This document shows, piece after piece, positions 39,301 through 53,676 of a DNA stretch of 64,000 bases; within the stretch, counting starts at the first letter, position 1, and every line of letters begins with the position of its first letter. Origin of the DNA: Auanema rhodensis (Eukaryota > Animalia > Nematoda); assembly GCA_964057225.1 (NCBI GenBank), contig OZ059894.1, positions 19,654,001-19,718,000 on the forward strand, written 5' to 3'. A program made the position numbers and the translations under genes. The notes under the pieces are model-generated. The model saw nothing but the letters and a program-made list of their open reading frames with translations. It was not told where the DNA came from and searched no databases.

Positions 39301-42300
39301 ACGCTTAATACAAAAATTAGTTATGATCGTTTGAAAAATGATGCATTAGTGTATGTTGAGTTTCCATGTACACTCAACATTGCTTCCAAAAACATTTTGA
39401 CAAAAATTTTTTCGAAAAATTTCAAAATAATTTAGCAAAAAGTAGATGTTTTTAGATTCCTTTTTTCAAGGCAAAGACGATGGACAATGTTATTCAACGA
39501 AAAAATTAATTCTTCAGGGTGAAAATCGAGGATATAAGTGTGAACTTATATCAGTTGATATCTCGGTGCATTTTTAAGCTAGCGCAAATCTGCTAACACA
39601 GATCGACGCAGCTTAAAAATCCGCATCGAATGCACTATACTACATTGAGAAACGCTTAATACAAAAATTAGTTATGATCGTTTGAAAAATGATGCATTAG
39701 TGTATGTTGAGTTTTCATGTACACTCAACATTGCTTCCAAAAACATTTTGACAAAAATTTTTTCGAAAAATTTCAGAATAATTTAGCAAAAAGTAGATGT
39801 TTTTAGATTCCTTTTTTCAAGGCAAAAACGATGGTCAATGTTATTCAACGAAAAAATCAATTCTTCAGGGTGAAAATCGAGGATATAAGTGTGAACTTAT
39901 ATCAGTTGATATCTCGGTGCATTTTTAAACTAGCGCAAATCTGATAACACAGATCGACGCAGCTTAAAAATCCGCATCGAATGCACTATACTACATTGAG
40001 AAACGCTTAATACAAAAATTAGTTATGATCGTTTGAAAAATGATGCATTAGTGCATGTTGAGTTTCCATGTACACTCAACATTGCTTCCAAAAACATTTT
40101 GACAAAAATTTTTTCGAAAAATTTCAGAATAATTTAGCAAAAAGTAGATGTTTTTAGATTCCATTTTTCAAGGCAAAGACGATGGACAATGTTATTCAAC
40201 GAAAAAATTAATTCTTCAGGGTGAAAATCGAGGATATAAGTATGAACTTATATCAGTTGATATCTCGGTGCATTTTTAAGCTAGCGCAAATCTGATAACA
40301 CAGATCGACGCAGCTTAAAAATCCGCATCGAATGCACTATACTACATTGAGAAACGCTTAATACAAAAATTAGTTATGATCGTTTGAAAAATGATGCATT
40401 AGTGTATGTTGAGTTTCCATGTACACTCAACATTGCTTCCAAAAACATTTTGACAAAAATTTTTTCGAAAAATTTCAGAATAATTTAGCAAAAAGTAGAT
40501 GTTTTTAGATTCCTTTTTTCAAGGCAAAGACGATGGACAATGTTATTCAACGAAAAAATTAATTCTTCAGGGTGAAAATCGAGGATATAAGTGTGAACTT
40601 ATATCAGTTGATATCTCGGTGCATTTTTAAGCTAGCGCAAATCTGATAACACAGATCGACGCAGCTTAAAAGTCCGCATCGAATGCACTTTACTACATTG
40701 AGAAACGCTTAATACAAAAATTAGTTATGATCGTTTGAAAAATGATGCATTAGTGTATGTTGAGTTTCCATGTACACTCAACATTGCTTCCAAAAACATT
40801 TTGACAAAAATTTTTTCGAAAAATTTCAGAATAATTTAGCAAAAAGTAGATGTTTTTAGATTCCATTTTTCAAGGCAAAGACGATGGACAATGTTATTCA
40901 ACGAAAAAATTAATTCTTCAGGGTGAAAATCGAGGATATAAGTGTGAACTTATATCAGTTGATATCTCGGTGCATTTTTAAGCTAGCGCAAATCTGATAA
41001 CACAGATCGACGCAGTTTAAAATCCGCATCGAATGCACTATACTCATTGAAAAACGCTTAATACAAAAATTAGTTATGATCGTTCGAAAAATGATGCATT
41101 AGTGTATGTTGAGTTTCCATGTACACTCAACATTGCTTCCAAAAACATTTTGACAAAAATTTTTTCGAAAAATTTCAGAATAATTTAGCAAAAAGTAGAT
41201 GTTTTTAGATTCCTTTTTTCAAGGCAAAAACGATGGTCAATGTTATTCAACGAAAAAATCAATTCTTCAGGGTGAAAATCGAGGATATAAGTGTGAACTT
41301 ATATCAGTTGATATCTCGGTGCATTTTTAAACTAGCGCAAATCTGATAACACAGATCGACGCAGCTTAAAAATCCGCATCGAATGCACTATACTACATTG
41401 AGAATCGCTTAATACAAAAATTAGTTATGATCGTTTGAAAAATGATGCATTAGTGCATGTTGAGTTTCCATGTACACTCAACATTGCTTCCAAAAACATT
41501 TTGACAAAAATTTTTTCGAAAAATTTCAGAATAATTTAGCAAAAAGTAGATGTTTTTAGATTCCATTTTTCAAGGCAAAGACGATGGACAATGTTATTCA
41601 ACGAAAAAATTAATTCTTCAGGGTGAAAATCGAGGATATAAGTGTGAACTTATATCAGTTGATATCTCGGTGCATTTTTAAGCTAGCGCAAATCTGATAA
41701 CACAGATCGACGCAGCTTAAAAATCCGCATCGAATGCACTATACTACATTGAGAATCGCTTAATACAAAAATTAGTTATGATCGTTTGAAAAATGATGCA
41801 TTAGTGCATGTTGAGTTTCCATGTACACTCAACATTGCTTCCAAAAACATTTTGACAAAAATTTTTTCGAAAAATTTCAGAATAATTTAGCAAAAAGTAG
41901 ATGTTTTTAGATTCCATTTTTCAAGGCAAAGACGATGGACAATGTTATTCAACGAAAAAATTAATTCTTCAGGGTGAAAATCGAGGATATAAGTGTGAAC
42001 TTATATCAGTTGATATCTCGGTGCATTTTTAAGCTAGCGCAAATCTGATAACACAGATCGACGCAGCTTAAAAATCCGCATCGAATGCACTATACTACAT
42101 TGAGAAACGCTTAATACAAAAATTAGTTATGATCGTTTGAAAAATGATGCATTAGTGTATGTTGAGTTTCCATGTACACTCAACATTGCTTCCAAAAACA
42201 TTTTGACAAAAATTTTTTCGAAAAATTTCAAAATAATTTAGCAAAAAGTAGATGTTTTTAGATTCCTTTTTCCAAGGCAAAGACGATGGACAATGTTATT

Positions 42301-45300
42301 CAACGAAAAAATTAATTCTTCAGGGTGAAAATCGAGGATATAAGTGTGAACTTATATCAGTTGATATCTCGGTGCATTTTTAAGCTAGCGCAAATCTGCT
42401 AACACAGATCGACGCAGCTTAAAAATCCGCATCGAATGCACTATACTACATTGAGAAACGCTTAATACAAAAATTAGTTATGATCGTTTGAAAAATGATG
42501 CATTAGTGTATGTTGAGTTTTCATGTACACTCAACATTGCTTCCAAAAACATTTTGACAAAAATTTTTTCGAAAAATTTCAGAATAATTTAGCAAAAAGT
42601 AGATGTTTTTAGATTCCTTTTTTCAAGGCAAAAACGATGGTCAATGTTATTCAACGAAAAAATCAATTCTTCAGGGTGAAAATCGAGGATATAAGTGTGA
42701 ACTTATATCAGTTGATATCTCGGTGCATTTTTAAACTAGCGCAAATCTGATAACACAGATCGACGCAGCTTAAAAATCCGCATCGAATGCACTATACTAC
42801 ATTGAGAAACGCTTAATACAAAAATTAGTTATGATCGTTTGAAAAATGATGCATTAGTGCATGTTGAGTTTCCATGTACACTCAACATTGCTTCCAAAAA
42901 CATTTTGACAAAAATTTTTTCGAAAAATTTCAGAATAATTTAGCAAAAAGTAGATGTTTTTAGATTCCATTTTTCAAGGCAAAGACGATGGACAATGTTA
43001 TTCAACGAAAAAATTAATTCTTCAGGGTGAAAATCGAGGATATAAGTGTGAACTTATATCAGTTGATATCTCGGTGCATTTTTAAGCTAGCGCAAATCTG
43101 ATAACACAGATCGACGCAGCTTAAAAATCCGCATCGAATGCACTATACTACATTGAGAAACGCTTAATACAAAAATTAGTTATGATCGTTTGAAAAATGA
43201 TGCATTAGTGTATGTTGAGTTTCCATGTACACTCAACATTGCTTCCAAAAACATTTTGACAAAAATTTTTTCGAAAAATTTCAAAATAATTTAGCAAAAA
43301 GTAGATGTTTTTAGATTCCTTTTTTCAAGGCAAAGACGATGGACAATGTTATTCAACGAAAAAATTAATTCTTCAGGGTGAAAATCGAGGATATAAGTGT
43401 GAACTTATATCAGTTGATATCTCGGTGCATTTTTAAGCTAGCGCAAATCTGCTAACACAGATCGACGCAGCTTAAAAATCCGCATCGAATGCACTATACT
43501 ACATTGAGAAACGCTTAATACAAAAATTAGTTATGATCGTTTGAAAAATGATGCATTAGTGTATGTTGAGTTTTCATGTACACTCAACATTGCTTCCAAA
43601 AACATTTTGACAAAAATTTTTTCGAAAAATTTCAGAATAATTTAGCAAAAAGTAGATGTTTTTAGATTCCTTTTTTCAAGGCAAAAACGATGGTCAATGT
43701 TATTCAACGAAAAAATCAATTCTTCAGGGTGAAAATCGAGGATATAAGTGTGAACTTATATCAGTTGATATCTCGGTGCATTTTTAAACTAGCGCAAATC
43801 TGATAACACAGATCGACGCAGCTTAAAAATCCGCATCGAATGCACTATACTACATTGAGAAACGCTTAATACAAAAATTAGTTATGATCGTTTGAAAAAT
43901 GATGCATTAGTGCATGTTGAGTTTCCATGTACACTCAACATTGCTTCCAAAAACATTTTGACAAAAATTTTTTCGAAAAATTTCAGAATAATTTAGCAAA
44001 AAGTAGATGTTTTTAGATTCCAATTTTCAAGGCAAAGACGATGGACAATGTTATTCAACGAAAAAATTAATTCTTCAGGGTGAAAATCGAGGATATAAGT
44101 ATGAACTTATATCAGTTGATATCTCGGTGCATTTTTAAGCTAGCGCAAATCTGATAACACAGATCGACGCAGCTTAAAAATCCGCATCGAATGCACTATA
44201 CTACATTGAGAAACGCTTAATACAAAAATTAGTTATGATCGTTTGAAAAATGATGCATTAGTGTATGTTGAGTTTCCATGTACACTCAACATTGCTTCCA
44301 AAAACATTTTGACAAAAATTTTTTCGAAAAATTTCAAAATAATTTAGCAAAAAGTAGATGTTTTTAGATTCCTTTTTTCAAGGCAAAGACGATGGACAAT
44401 GTTATTCAACGAAAAAATTAATTCTTCAGGGTGAAAATCGAGGATATAAGTGTGAACTTATATCAGTTGATATCTCGGTGCATTTTTAAGCTAGCGCAAA
44501 TCTGCTAACACAGATCGACGCAGCTTAAAAATCCGCATCGAATGCACTATACTACATTGAGAAACGCTTAATACAAAAATTAGTTATGATCGTTTGAAAA
44601 ATGATGCATTAGTGTATGTTGAGTTTTCATGTACACTCAACATTGCTTCCAAAAACATTTTGACAAAAATTTTTTCGAAAAATTTCAGAATAATTTAGCA
44701 AAAAGTAGATGTTTTTAGATTCCTTTTTTCAAGGCAAAAACGATGGTCAATGTTATTCAACGAAAAAATCAATTCTTCAGGGTGAAAATCGAGGATATAA
44801 GTGTGAACTTATATCAGTTGATATCTCGGTGCATTTTTAAACTAGCGCAAATCTGATAACACAGATCGACGCAGCTTAAAAATCCGCATCGAATGCACTA
44901 TACTATATTGAGAAACGCTTAATACAAAAATTAGTTATGATCGTTTGAAAAATGATGCATTAGTGTATGTTGAGTTTCCATGTACACTCAACATTGCTTC
45001 CAAAAACATTTTGACAAAAATTTTTTCGAAAAATTTCAGAATAATTTAGCAAAAAGTAGATGTTTTTAGATTCCTTTTTTCAAGGCAAAGACGATGGTCA
45101 ATGTTATTCAACGAAAAAATTAATTCTTCAGGGTGAAAATCGAGGATATAAGTGTGAACTTATATCAGTTGATATCTCGGTGCATTTTTAAGCTAGCGCA
45201 AATCTGATAACACAGATCGACGCAGCTTAAAAATCCGCATCGAATGCACTATACTACATTGAGAAACGCTTAATACAAAAATTAGTTATGATCGTTCGAA

Positions 45301-48300
45301 AAATGATGCATTAGTGTATGTTGAGTTTCCATGTACACTCAACATTGCTTCCAAAAACATTTTGACAAAAATTTTTTCGAGAAATTTCAAAATAATTTAG
45401 CAAAAAGTAGATGTTTTTAGATTCCTTTTTTCAAGGCAAAGACGATGGACAATGTTATTCAACGAAAAAATTAAATCTTCAGGGTGAAAATCGAGGATAT
45501 AAGTGTGAACTTATATCAGTTGATATCTCGGTGCATTTTAAAACTAGCGCAAATCTGCTAACACAGATCGACGCAGCTTAAAAATCCGCATCGAATGCAC
45601 TATACTACATTGAGAAACGCTTAATACAAAAATTAGTTATGATCGTTTGAAAAATGATGCATTAGTGTATGTTGAGTTTCCATGTACACTCAACATTGCT
45701 TCCAAAAACATTTTGACAAAAATTTTTTCGAAAAATTTCAGAATAATTTAGCAAAAAGTAGATGTTTTTAGATTCCTTTTTTCAAGGCAAAGACGATGGT
45801 CAATGTTATTCAACGAAAAAATCAATTCTTCAGGGTGAAAATCGAGGATATAAGTGTGAACTTATATCAGTTGATATCTCGGTGCATTTTTAAGCTAGCG
45901 CAAATCTAATAACACAGATCGACGCAGCTTAAAAATCCGCATCGAATGCACTATACTACATTGAGAAACGCTTAATACAAAAATTAGTTATGATCGTTTG
46001 AAAAATGATGCATTAGTGTATGTTGAGTTTCCATGTACACTCAACATTGCTTCCAAAAACATTTTGACAAAAATTTTTTCGAAAAATTTCAGAATAATTT
46101 AGCAAAAAGTAGATGTTTTTAGATTCCTTTTTTCAAGGCAAAAACGATGGTCAATGTTATTCAACGAAAAAATCAATTCTTCAGGGTGAAAATCGAGGAT
46201 ATAAGTGTGAACTTATATCAGTTGATATCTCGGTGCATTTTTAAACTAGCGCAAATCTGATAACACAGATCGACGCAGCTTAAAAATCCGCATCGAATGC
46301 ACTATACTACATTGAGAAACGCTTAATACAAAAATTAGTTATGATCGTTTGAAAAATGATGCATTAGTGTATGTTGAGTTTCCATGTACACTCAACATTG
46401 CTTCCAAAAACATTTTGACAAAAATTTTTTCGAAAAATTTCAAAATAATTTAGCAAAAAGTAGATGTTTCTAGATTCCTTTTTTCAAGGCAAAGACGATG
46501 GACAATGTTATTCAACGAAAAAATTAATTCTTCAGGGTGAAAATCGAGGATATAAGTGTGAACTTATATCAGTTGATATCTCGGTGCATTTTTAAGCTAG
46601 CGCAAATCTGATAACACAGATCGACGCAGCTTAAAAATCCGCATCGAATGCACTATACTACATTGAGAAACGCTTAATACAAAAATTAGTTATGATCGTT
46701 TGAAAAATGATGCGTTAGTGTATGTTGAGTTTCCATGTACACTCAACATTGCTTCCAAAAACATTTTGACAAAAATTTTTTCGAAAAATTTCAAAATAAT
46801 TTAGCAAAAAGTAGATGTTTTTAGATTCCTTTTTTCAAGGCAAAGACGATGGACAATGTTATTCAACGAAAAAATTAATTCTTCAGGGTGAAAATCGAGG
46901 ATATAAGTGTGAACTTATATCAGTTGATATCTCGGTGCATTTTTAAGCTAGCGCAAATCTGATAACACAGATCGACGCAGCTTAAAAATCCGCATCGAAT
47001 GCACTATACTACATTGAGAAACGCTTAATACAAAAATTAGTTATGATCGTTTGAAAAATGATGCATTAGTGTATGTTGAGTTTCCATGTACACTCAACAT
47101 TGCTTCCAAAAACATTTTGACAAAAATTTTTTCGAAAAATTTCAAAATAATTTAGCAAAAAGTAGATGTTTTTAGATTCCTTTTTTCAAGGCAAAGACGA
47201 TGGACAATGTTATTCAACGAAAAAATTAATTCTTCAGGGTGAAAATCGAGGATATAAGTGTGAACTTATATCAGTTGATATCTCGGTGCATTTTTAAGCT
47301 AGCGCAAATCTGATAACACAGATCGACGCAGCTTAAAAATCCGCATCGAATGCACTATACTACATTGAGAAACGCTTAATACAAAAATTAGTTATGATCG
47401 TTTGAAAAATGATGCATTAGTGTATGTTGAGTTTTCATGTACACTCAACATTGCTTCCAAAAACATTTTGACAAAAATTTTTTCGAAAAATTTCAGAATA
47501 ATTTAGCAAAAAGTAGATGTTTTTAGATTCCTTTTTTCAAGGCAAAGACGATGGACAATGTTATTCAACGAAAAAATTAATTCTTCAGGGTGAAAATCGA
47601 GGATATAAGTGTGAACTTATATCAGTTGATATCTCGGTGCATTTTTAAGCTAGCGCAAATCTGATAACACAGATCGACGCAGCTTAAAAGTCCGCATCGA
47701 ATGCACTTTACTACATTGAGAAACGCTTAATACAAAAATTAGTTATGATCGTTTGAAAAATGATGCATTAGTGTATGTTGAGTTTCCATGTACACTCAAC
47801 ATTGCTTCCAAAAACATTTTGACAAAAATTTTTTCGAAAAATTTCAGAATAATTTAGCAAAAAGTAGATGTTTTTAGATTCCATTTTTCAAGGCAAAGAC
47901 GATGGACAATGTTATTCAACGAAAAAATTAATTCTTCAGGGTGAAAATCGAGGATATAAGTGTGAACTTATATCAGTTGATATCTCGGTGCATTTTTAAG
48001 CTAGCGCAAATCTGATAACACAGATCGACGCAGTTTAAAATCCGCATCGAATGCACTATACTCATTGAAAAACGATTAATACAAAAATTAGTTATGATCG
48101 TTCGAAAAATGATGCATTAGTGTATGTTGAGTTTCCATGTACACTCAACATTGCTTCCAAAAACATTTTGACAAAAATTTTTTCGAAAAATTTCAGAATA
48201 ATTTAGCAAAAAGTAGATGTTTTTAGATTCCTTTTTTCAAGGCAAAAACGATGGTCAATGTTATTCAACGAAAAAATCAATTCTTCAGGGTGAAAATCGA

Positions 48301-51300
48301 GGATATAAGTGTGAACTTATATCAGTTGATATCTCGGTGCATTTTTAAACTAGCGCAAATCTGATAACACAGATCGACGCAGCTTAAAAATCCGCATCGA
48401 ATGCACTATACTACATTGAGAATCGCTTAATACAAAAATTAGTTATGATCGTTTGAAAAATGATGCATTAGTGCATGTTGAGTTTCCATGTACACTCAAC
48501 ATTGCTTCCAAAAACATTTTGACAAAAATTTTTTCGAAAAATTTCAGAATAATTTAGCAAAAAGTAGATGTTTTTAGATTCCATTTTTCAAGGCAAAGAC
48601 GATGGACAATGTTATTCAACGAAAAAATTAATTCTTCAGGGTGAAAATCGAGGATATAAGTGTGAACTTATATCAGTTGATATCTCGGTGCATTTTTAAG
48701 CTAGCGCAAATCTGATAACACAGATCGACGCAGCTTAAAAATCCGCATCGAATGCACTATACTACATTGAGAAACGCTTAATACAAAAATTAGTTATGAT
48801 CGTTTGAAAAATGATGCATTAGTGTATGTTGAGTTTCCATGTACACTCAACATTGCTTCCAAAAACATTTTGACAAAAATTTTTTCGAAAAATTTCAAAA
48901 TAATTTAGCAAAAAGTAGATGTTTTTAGATTCCTTTTTCCAAGGCAAAGACGATGGACAATGTTATTCAACGAAAAAATTAATTCTTCAGGGTGAAAATC
49001 GAGGATATAAGTGTGAACTTATATCAGTTGATATCTCGGTGCATTTTTAAGCTAGCGCAAATCTGCTAACACAGATCGACGCAGCTTAAAAATCCGCATC
49101 GAATGCACTATACTACATTGAGAAACGCTTAATACAAAAATTAGTTATGATCGTTTGAAAAATGATGCATTAGTGTATGTTGAGTTTTCATGTACACTCA
49201 ACATTGCTTCCAAAAACATTTTGACAAAAATTTTTTCGAAAAATTTCAGAATAATTTAGCAAAAAGTAGATGTTTTTAGATTCCTTTTTTCAAGGCAAAA
49301 ACGATGGTCAATGTTATTCAACGAAAAAATCAATTCTTCAGGGTGAAAATCGAGGATATAAGTGTGAACTTATATCAGTTGATATCTCGGTGCATTTTTA
49401 AACTAGCGCAAATCTGATAACACAGATCGACGCAGCTTAAAAATCCGCATCGAATGCACTATACTACATTGAGAAACGCTTAATACAAAAATTAGTTATG
49501 ATCGTTTGAAAAATGATGCATTAGTGCATGTTGAGTTTCCATGTACACTCAACATTGCTTCCAAAAACATTTTGACAAAAATTTTTTCGAAAAATTTCAA
49601 AATAATTTAGCAAAAAGTAGATGTTTTTAGATTCCTTTTTTCAAGGCAAAGACGATGGACAATGTTATTCAACGAAAAAATTAATTCTTCAGGGTGAAAA
49701 TCGAGGATATAAGTGTGAACTTATATCAGTTGATATCTCGGTGCATTTTTAAGCTAGCGCAAATCTGCTAACACAGATCGACGCAGCTTAAAAATCCGCA
49801 TCGAATGCACTATACTACATTGAGAAACGCTTAATACAAAAATTAGTTATGATCGTTTGAAAAATGATGCATTAGTGTATGTTGAGTTTTCATGTACACT
49901 CAACATTGCTTCCAAAAACATTTTGACAAAAATTTTTTCGAAAAATTTCAGAATAATTTAGCAAAAAGTAGATGTTTTTAGATTCCTTTTTTCAAGGCAA
50001 AAACGATGGTCAATGTTATTCAACGAAAAAATCAATTCTTCAGGGTGAAAATCGAGGATATAAGTGTGAACTTATATCAGTTGATATCTCGGTGCATTTT
50101 TAAACTAGCGCAAATCTGATAACACAGATCGACGCAGCTTAAAAATCCGCATCGAATGCACTATACTACATTGAGAAACGCTTAATACAAAAATTAGTTA
50201 TGATCGTTTGAAAAATGATGCATTAGTGCATGTTGAGTTTCCATGTACACTCAACATTGCTTCCAAAAACATTTTGACAAAAATTTTTTCGAAAAATTTC
50301 AGAATAATTTAGCAAAAAGTAGATGTTTTTAGATTCCAATTTTCAAGGCAAAGACGATGGACAATGTTATTCAACGAAAAAATTAATTCTTCAGGGTGAA
50401 AATCGAGGATATAAGTATGAACTTATATCAGTTGATATCTCGGTGCATTTTTAAGCTAGCGCAAATCTGATAACACAGATCGACGCAGCTTAAAAATCCG
50501 CATCGAATGCACTATACTACATTGAGAAACGCTTAATACAAAAATTAGTTATGATCGTTTGAAAAATGATGCATTAGTGTATGTTGAGTTTCCATGTACA
50601 CTCAACATTGCTTCCAAAAACATTTTGACAAAAATTTTTTCGAAAAATTTCAAAATAATTTAGCAAAAAGTAGATGTTTTTAGATTCCTTTTTTCAAGGC
50701 AAAGACGATGGACAATGTTATTCAACGAAAAAATTAATTCTTCAGGGTGAAAATCGAGGATATAAGTGTGAACTTATATCAGTTGATATCTCGGTGCATT
50801 TTTAAGCTAGCGCAAATCTGCTAACACAGATCGACGCAGCTTAAAAATCCGCATCGAATGCACTATACTACATTGAGAAACGCTTAATACAAAAATTAGT
50901 TATGATCGTTTGAAAAATGATGCATTAGTGTATGTTGAGTTTTCATGTACACTCAACATTGCTTCCAAAAACATTTTGACAAAAATTTTTTCGAAAAATT
51001 TCAGAATAATTTAGCAAAAAGTAGATGTTTTTAGATTCCTTTTTTCAAGGCAAAAACGATGGTCAATGTTATTCAACGAAAAAATCAATTCTTCAGGGTG
51101 AAAATCGAGGATATAAGTGTGAACTTATATCAGTTGATATCTCGGTGCATTTTTAAACTAGCGCAAATCTGATAACACAGATCGACGCAGCTTAAAAATC
51201 CGCATCGAATGCACTATACTATATTGAGAAACGCTTAATACAAAAATTAGTTATGATCGTTTGAAAAATGATGCATTAGTGTATGTTGAGTTTCCATGTA

Positions 51301-52622
51301 CACTCAACATTGCTTCCAAAAACATTTTGACAAAAATTTTTTCGAAAAATTTCAGAATAATTTAGCAAAAAGTAGATGTTTTTAGATTCCTTTTTTCAAG
51401 GCAAAGACGATGGTCAATGTTATTCAACGAAAAAATTAATTCTTCAGGGTGAAAATCGAGGATATAAGTGTGAACTTATATCAGTTGATATCTCGGTGCA
51501 TTTTTAAGCTAGCGCAAATCTGATAACACAGATCGACGCAGCTTAAAAATCCGCATCGAATGCACTATACTACATTGAGAAACGCTTAATACAAAAATTA
51601 GTTATGATCGTTCGAAAAATGATGCATTAGTGTATGTTGAGTTTCCATGTACACTCAACATTGCTTCCAAAAACATTTTGACAAAAATTTTTTCGAGAAA
51701 TTTCAAAATAATTTAGCAAAAAGTAGATGTTTTTAGATTCCTTTTTTCAAGGCAAAGACGATGGACAATGTTATTCAACGAAAAAATTAAATCTTCAGGG
51801 TGAAAATCGAGGATATAAGTGTGAACTTATATCAGTTGATATCTCGGTGCATTTTAAAACTAGCGCAAATCTGCTAACACAGATCGACGCAGCTTAAAAA
51901 TCCGCATCGAATGCACTATACTACATTGAGAAACGCTTAATACAAAAATTAGTTATGATCGTTTGAAAAATGATGCATTAGTGTATGTTGAGTTTCCATG
52001 TACACTCAACATTGCTTCCAAAAACATTTTGACAAAAATTTTTTCGAAAAATTTCAGAATAATTTAGCAAAAAGTAGATGTTTTTAGATTCCTTTTTTCA
52101 AGGCAAAGACGATGGTCAATGTTATTCAACGAAAAAATCAATTCTTCAGGGTGAAAATCGAGGATATAAGTGTGAACTTATATCAGTTGATATCTCGGTG
52201 CATTTTTAAGCTAGCGCAAATCTAATAACACAGATCGACGCAGCTTAAAAATCCGCATCGAATGCACTATACTACATTGAGAAACGCTTAATACAAAAAT
52301 TAGTTATGATCGTTTGAAAAATGATGCATTAGTGTATGTTGAGTTTCCATGTACACTCAACATTGCTTCCAAAAACATTTTGACAAAAATTTTTTCGAAA
52401 AATTTCAGAATAATTTAGCAAAAAGTAGATGTTTTTAGATTCCTTTTTTCAAGGCAAAAACGATGGTCAATGTTATTCAACGAAAAAATCAATTCTTCAG
52501 GGTGAAAATCGAGGATATAAGTGTGAACTTATATCAGTTGATATCTCGGTGCATTTTTAAACTAGCGCAAATCTGATAACACAGATCGACGCAGCTTAAA
52601 AATCCGCATCGAATGCACTATA
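27361..52622. repeat. Central domain built on a 3-monomer (1053-bp) A-B-C unit with larger nested duplications
   Basis: A = AAAAACGATGGTC/AATCAA/TAAACT; B = TAGTGCAT/CCATT; C = CAAAAT/TCTGCT. The TCTGCT marker lies at 29769, 30822, 31875; 38540, 39593; 42399, 43452, 44505, 45558, i.e. steps of 1053. Confidence 0.88.
36484..44201. repeat. 11-monomer tandem duplication, 3859 bp x2
   Basis: Markers at 36813/40672, 37156/41015 and 40242/44101 are all offset by 3859=11x351-2, with the same monomer order in both copies. Confidence 0.92.
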
Positions 52623-53676
52623 CTACATTGAGAAACGCTTAATACAAAAATTAGTTATGATCGTTTGAAAAATGATGCATTAGTGTATGTTGAGTTTCCA
52701 TGTACACTCAACATTGCTTCCAAAAACATTTTGACAAAAATTTTTTCGAAAAATTTCAAAATAATTTAGCAAAAAGTAGATGTTTTTAGATTCCTTTTTT
52801 CAAGGCAAAGACGATGGACAATGTTATTCAACGAAAAAATTAATTCTTCAGGGTGAAAATCGAGGATATAAGTGTGAACTTATATCAGTTGATATCTCGG
52901 TGCATTTTTAAGCTAGCGCAAATCTGATAACACAGATCGACGCAGCTTAAAAATCCGCATCGAATGCACTATACTACATTGAGAAACGCTTAATACAAAA
53001 ATTAGTTATGATCGTTTGAAAAATGATGCGTTAGTGTATGTTGAGTTTCCATGTACACTCAACATTGCTTCCAAAAACATTTTGACAAAAATTTTTTCGA
53101 AAAATTTCAAAATAATTTAGCAAAAAGTAGATGTTTTTAGATTCCTTTTTTCAAGGCAAAGACGATGGACAATGTTATTCAACGAAAAAATTAATTCTTC
53201 AGGGTGAAAATCGAGGATATAAGTGTGAACTTATATCAGTTGATATCTCGGTGCATTTTTAAGCTAGCGCAAATCTGATAACACAGATCGACGCAGCTTA
53301 AAAATCCGCATCGAATGCACTATACTACATTGAGAAACGCTTAATACAAAAATTAGTTATGATCGTTTGAAAAATGATGCATTAGTGTATGTTGAGTTTC
53401 CATGTACACTCAACATTGCTTCCAAAAACATTTTGACAAAAATTTTTTCGAAAAATTTCAAAATAATTTAGCAAAAAGTAGATGTTTTTAGATTCCTTTT
53501 TTCAAGGCAAAGACGATGGACAATGTTATTCAACGAAAAAATTAATTCTTCAGGGTGAAAATCGAGGATATAAGTGTGAACTTATATCAGTTGATATCTC
53601 GGTGCATTTTTAAGCTAGCGCAAATCTGATAACACAGATCGACGCAGCTTAAAAATCCGCATCGAATGCACTATAC
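40343..53676. repeat. Approximately 7-kb tandem duplication (20-monomer copy 40343-47360, 18-monomer copy 47361-53676)
   Basis: Rare SNP pairs 44023/50339, 44906/51222, 45540/51856, 45908/52224 and 46714/53030 are offset by 6316; 42272/48939 by 6667; 41015/48033 by 7018. Confidence 0.9.
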
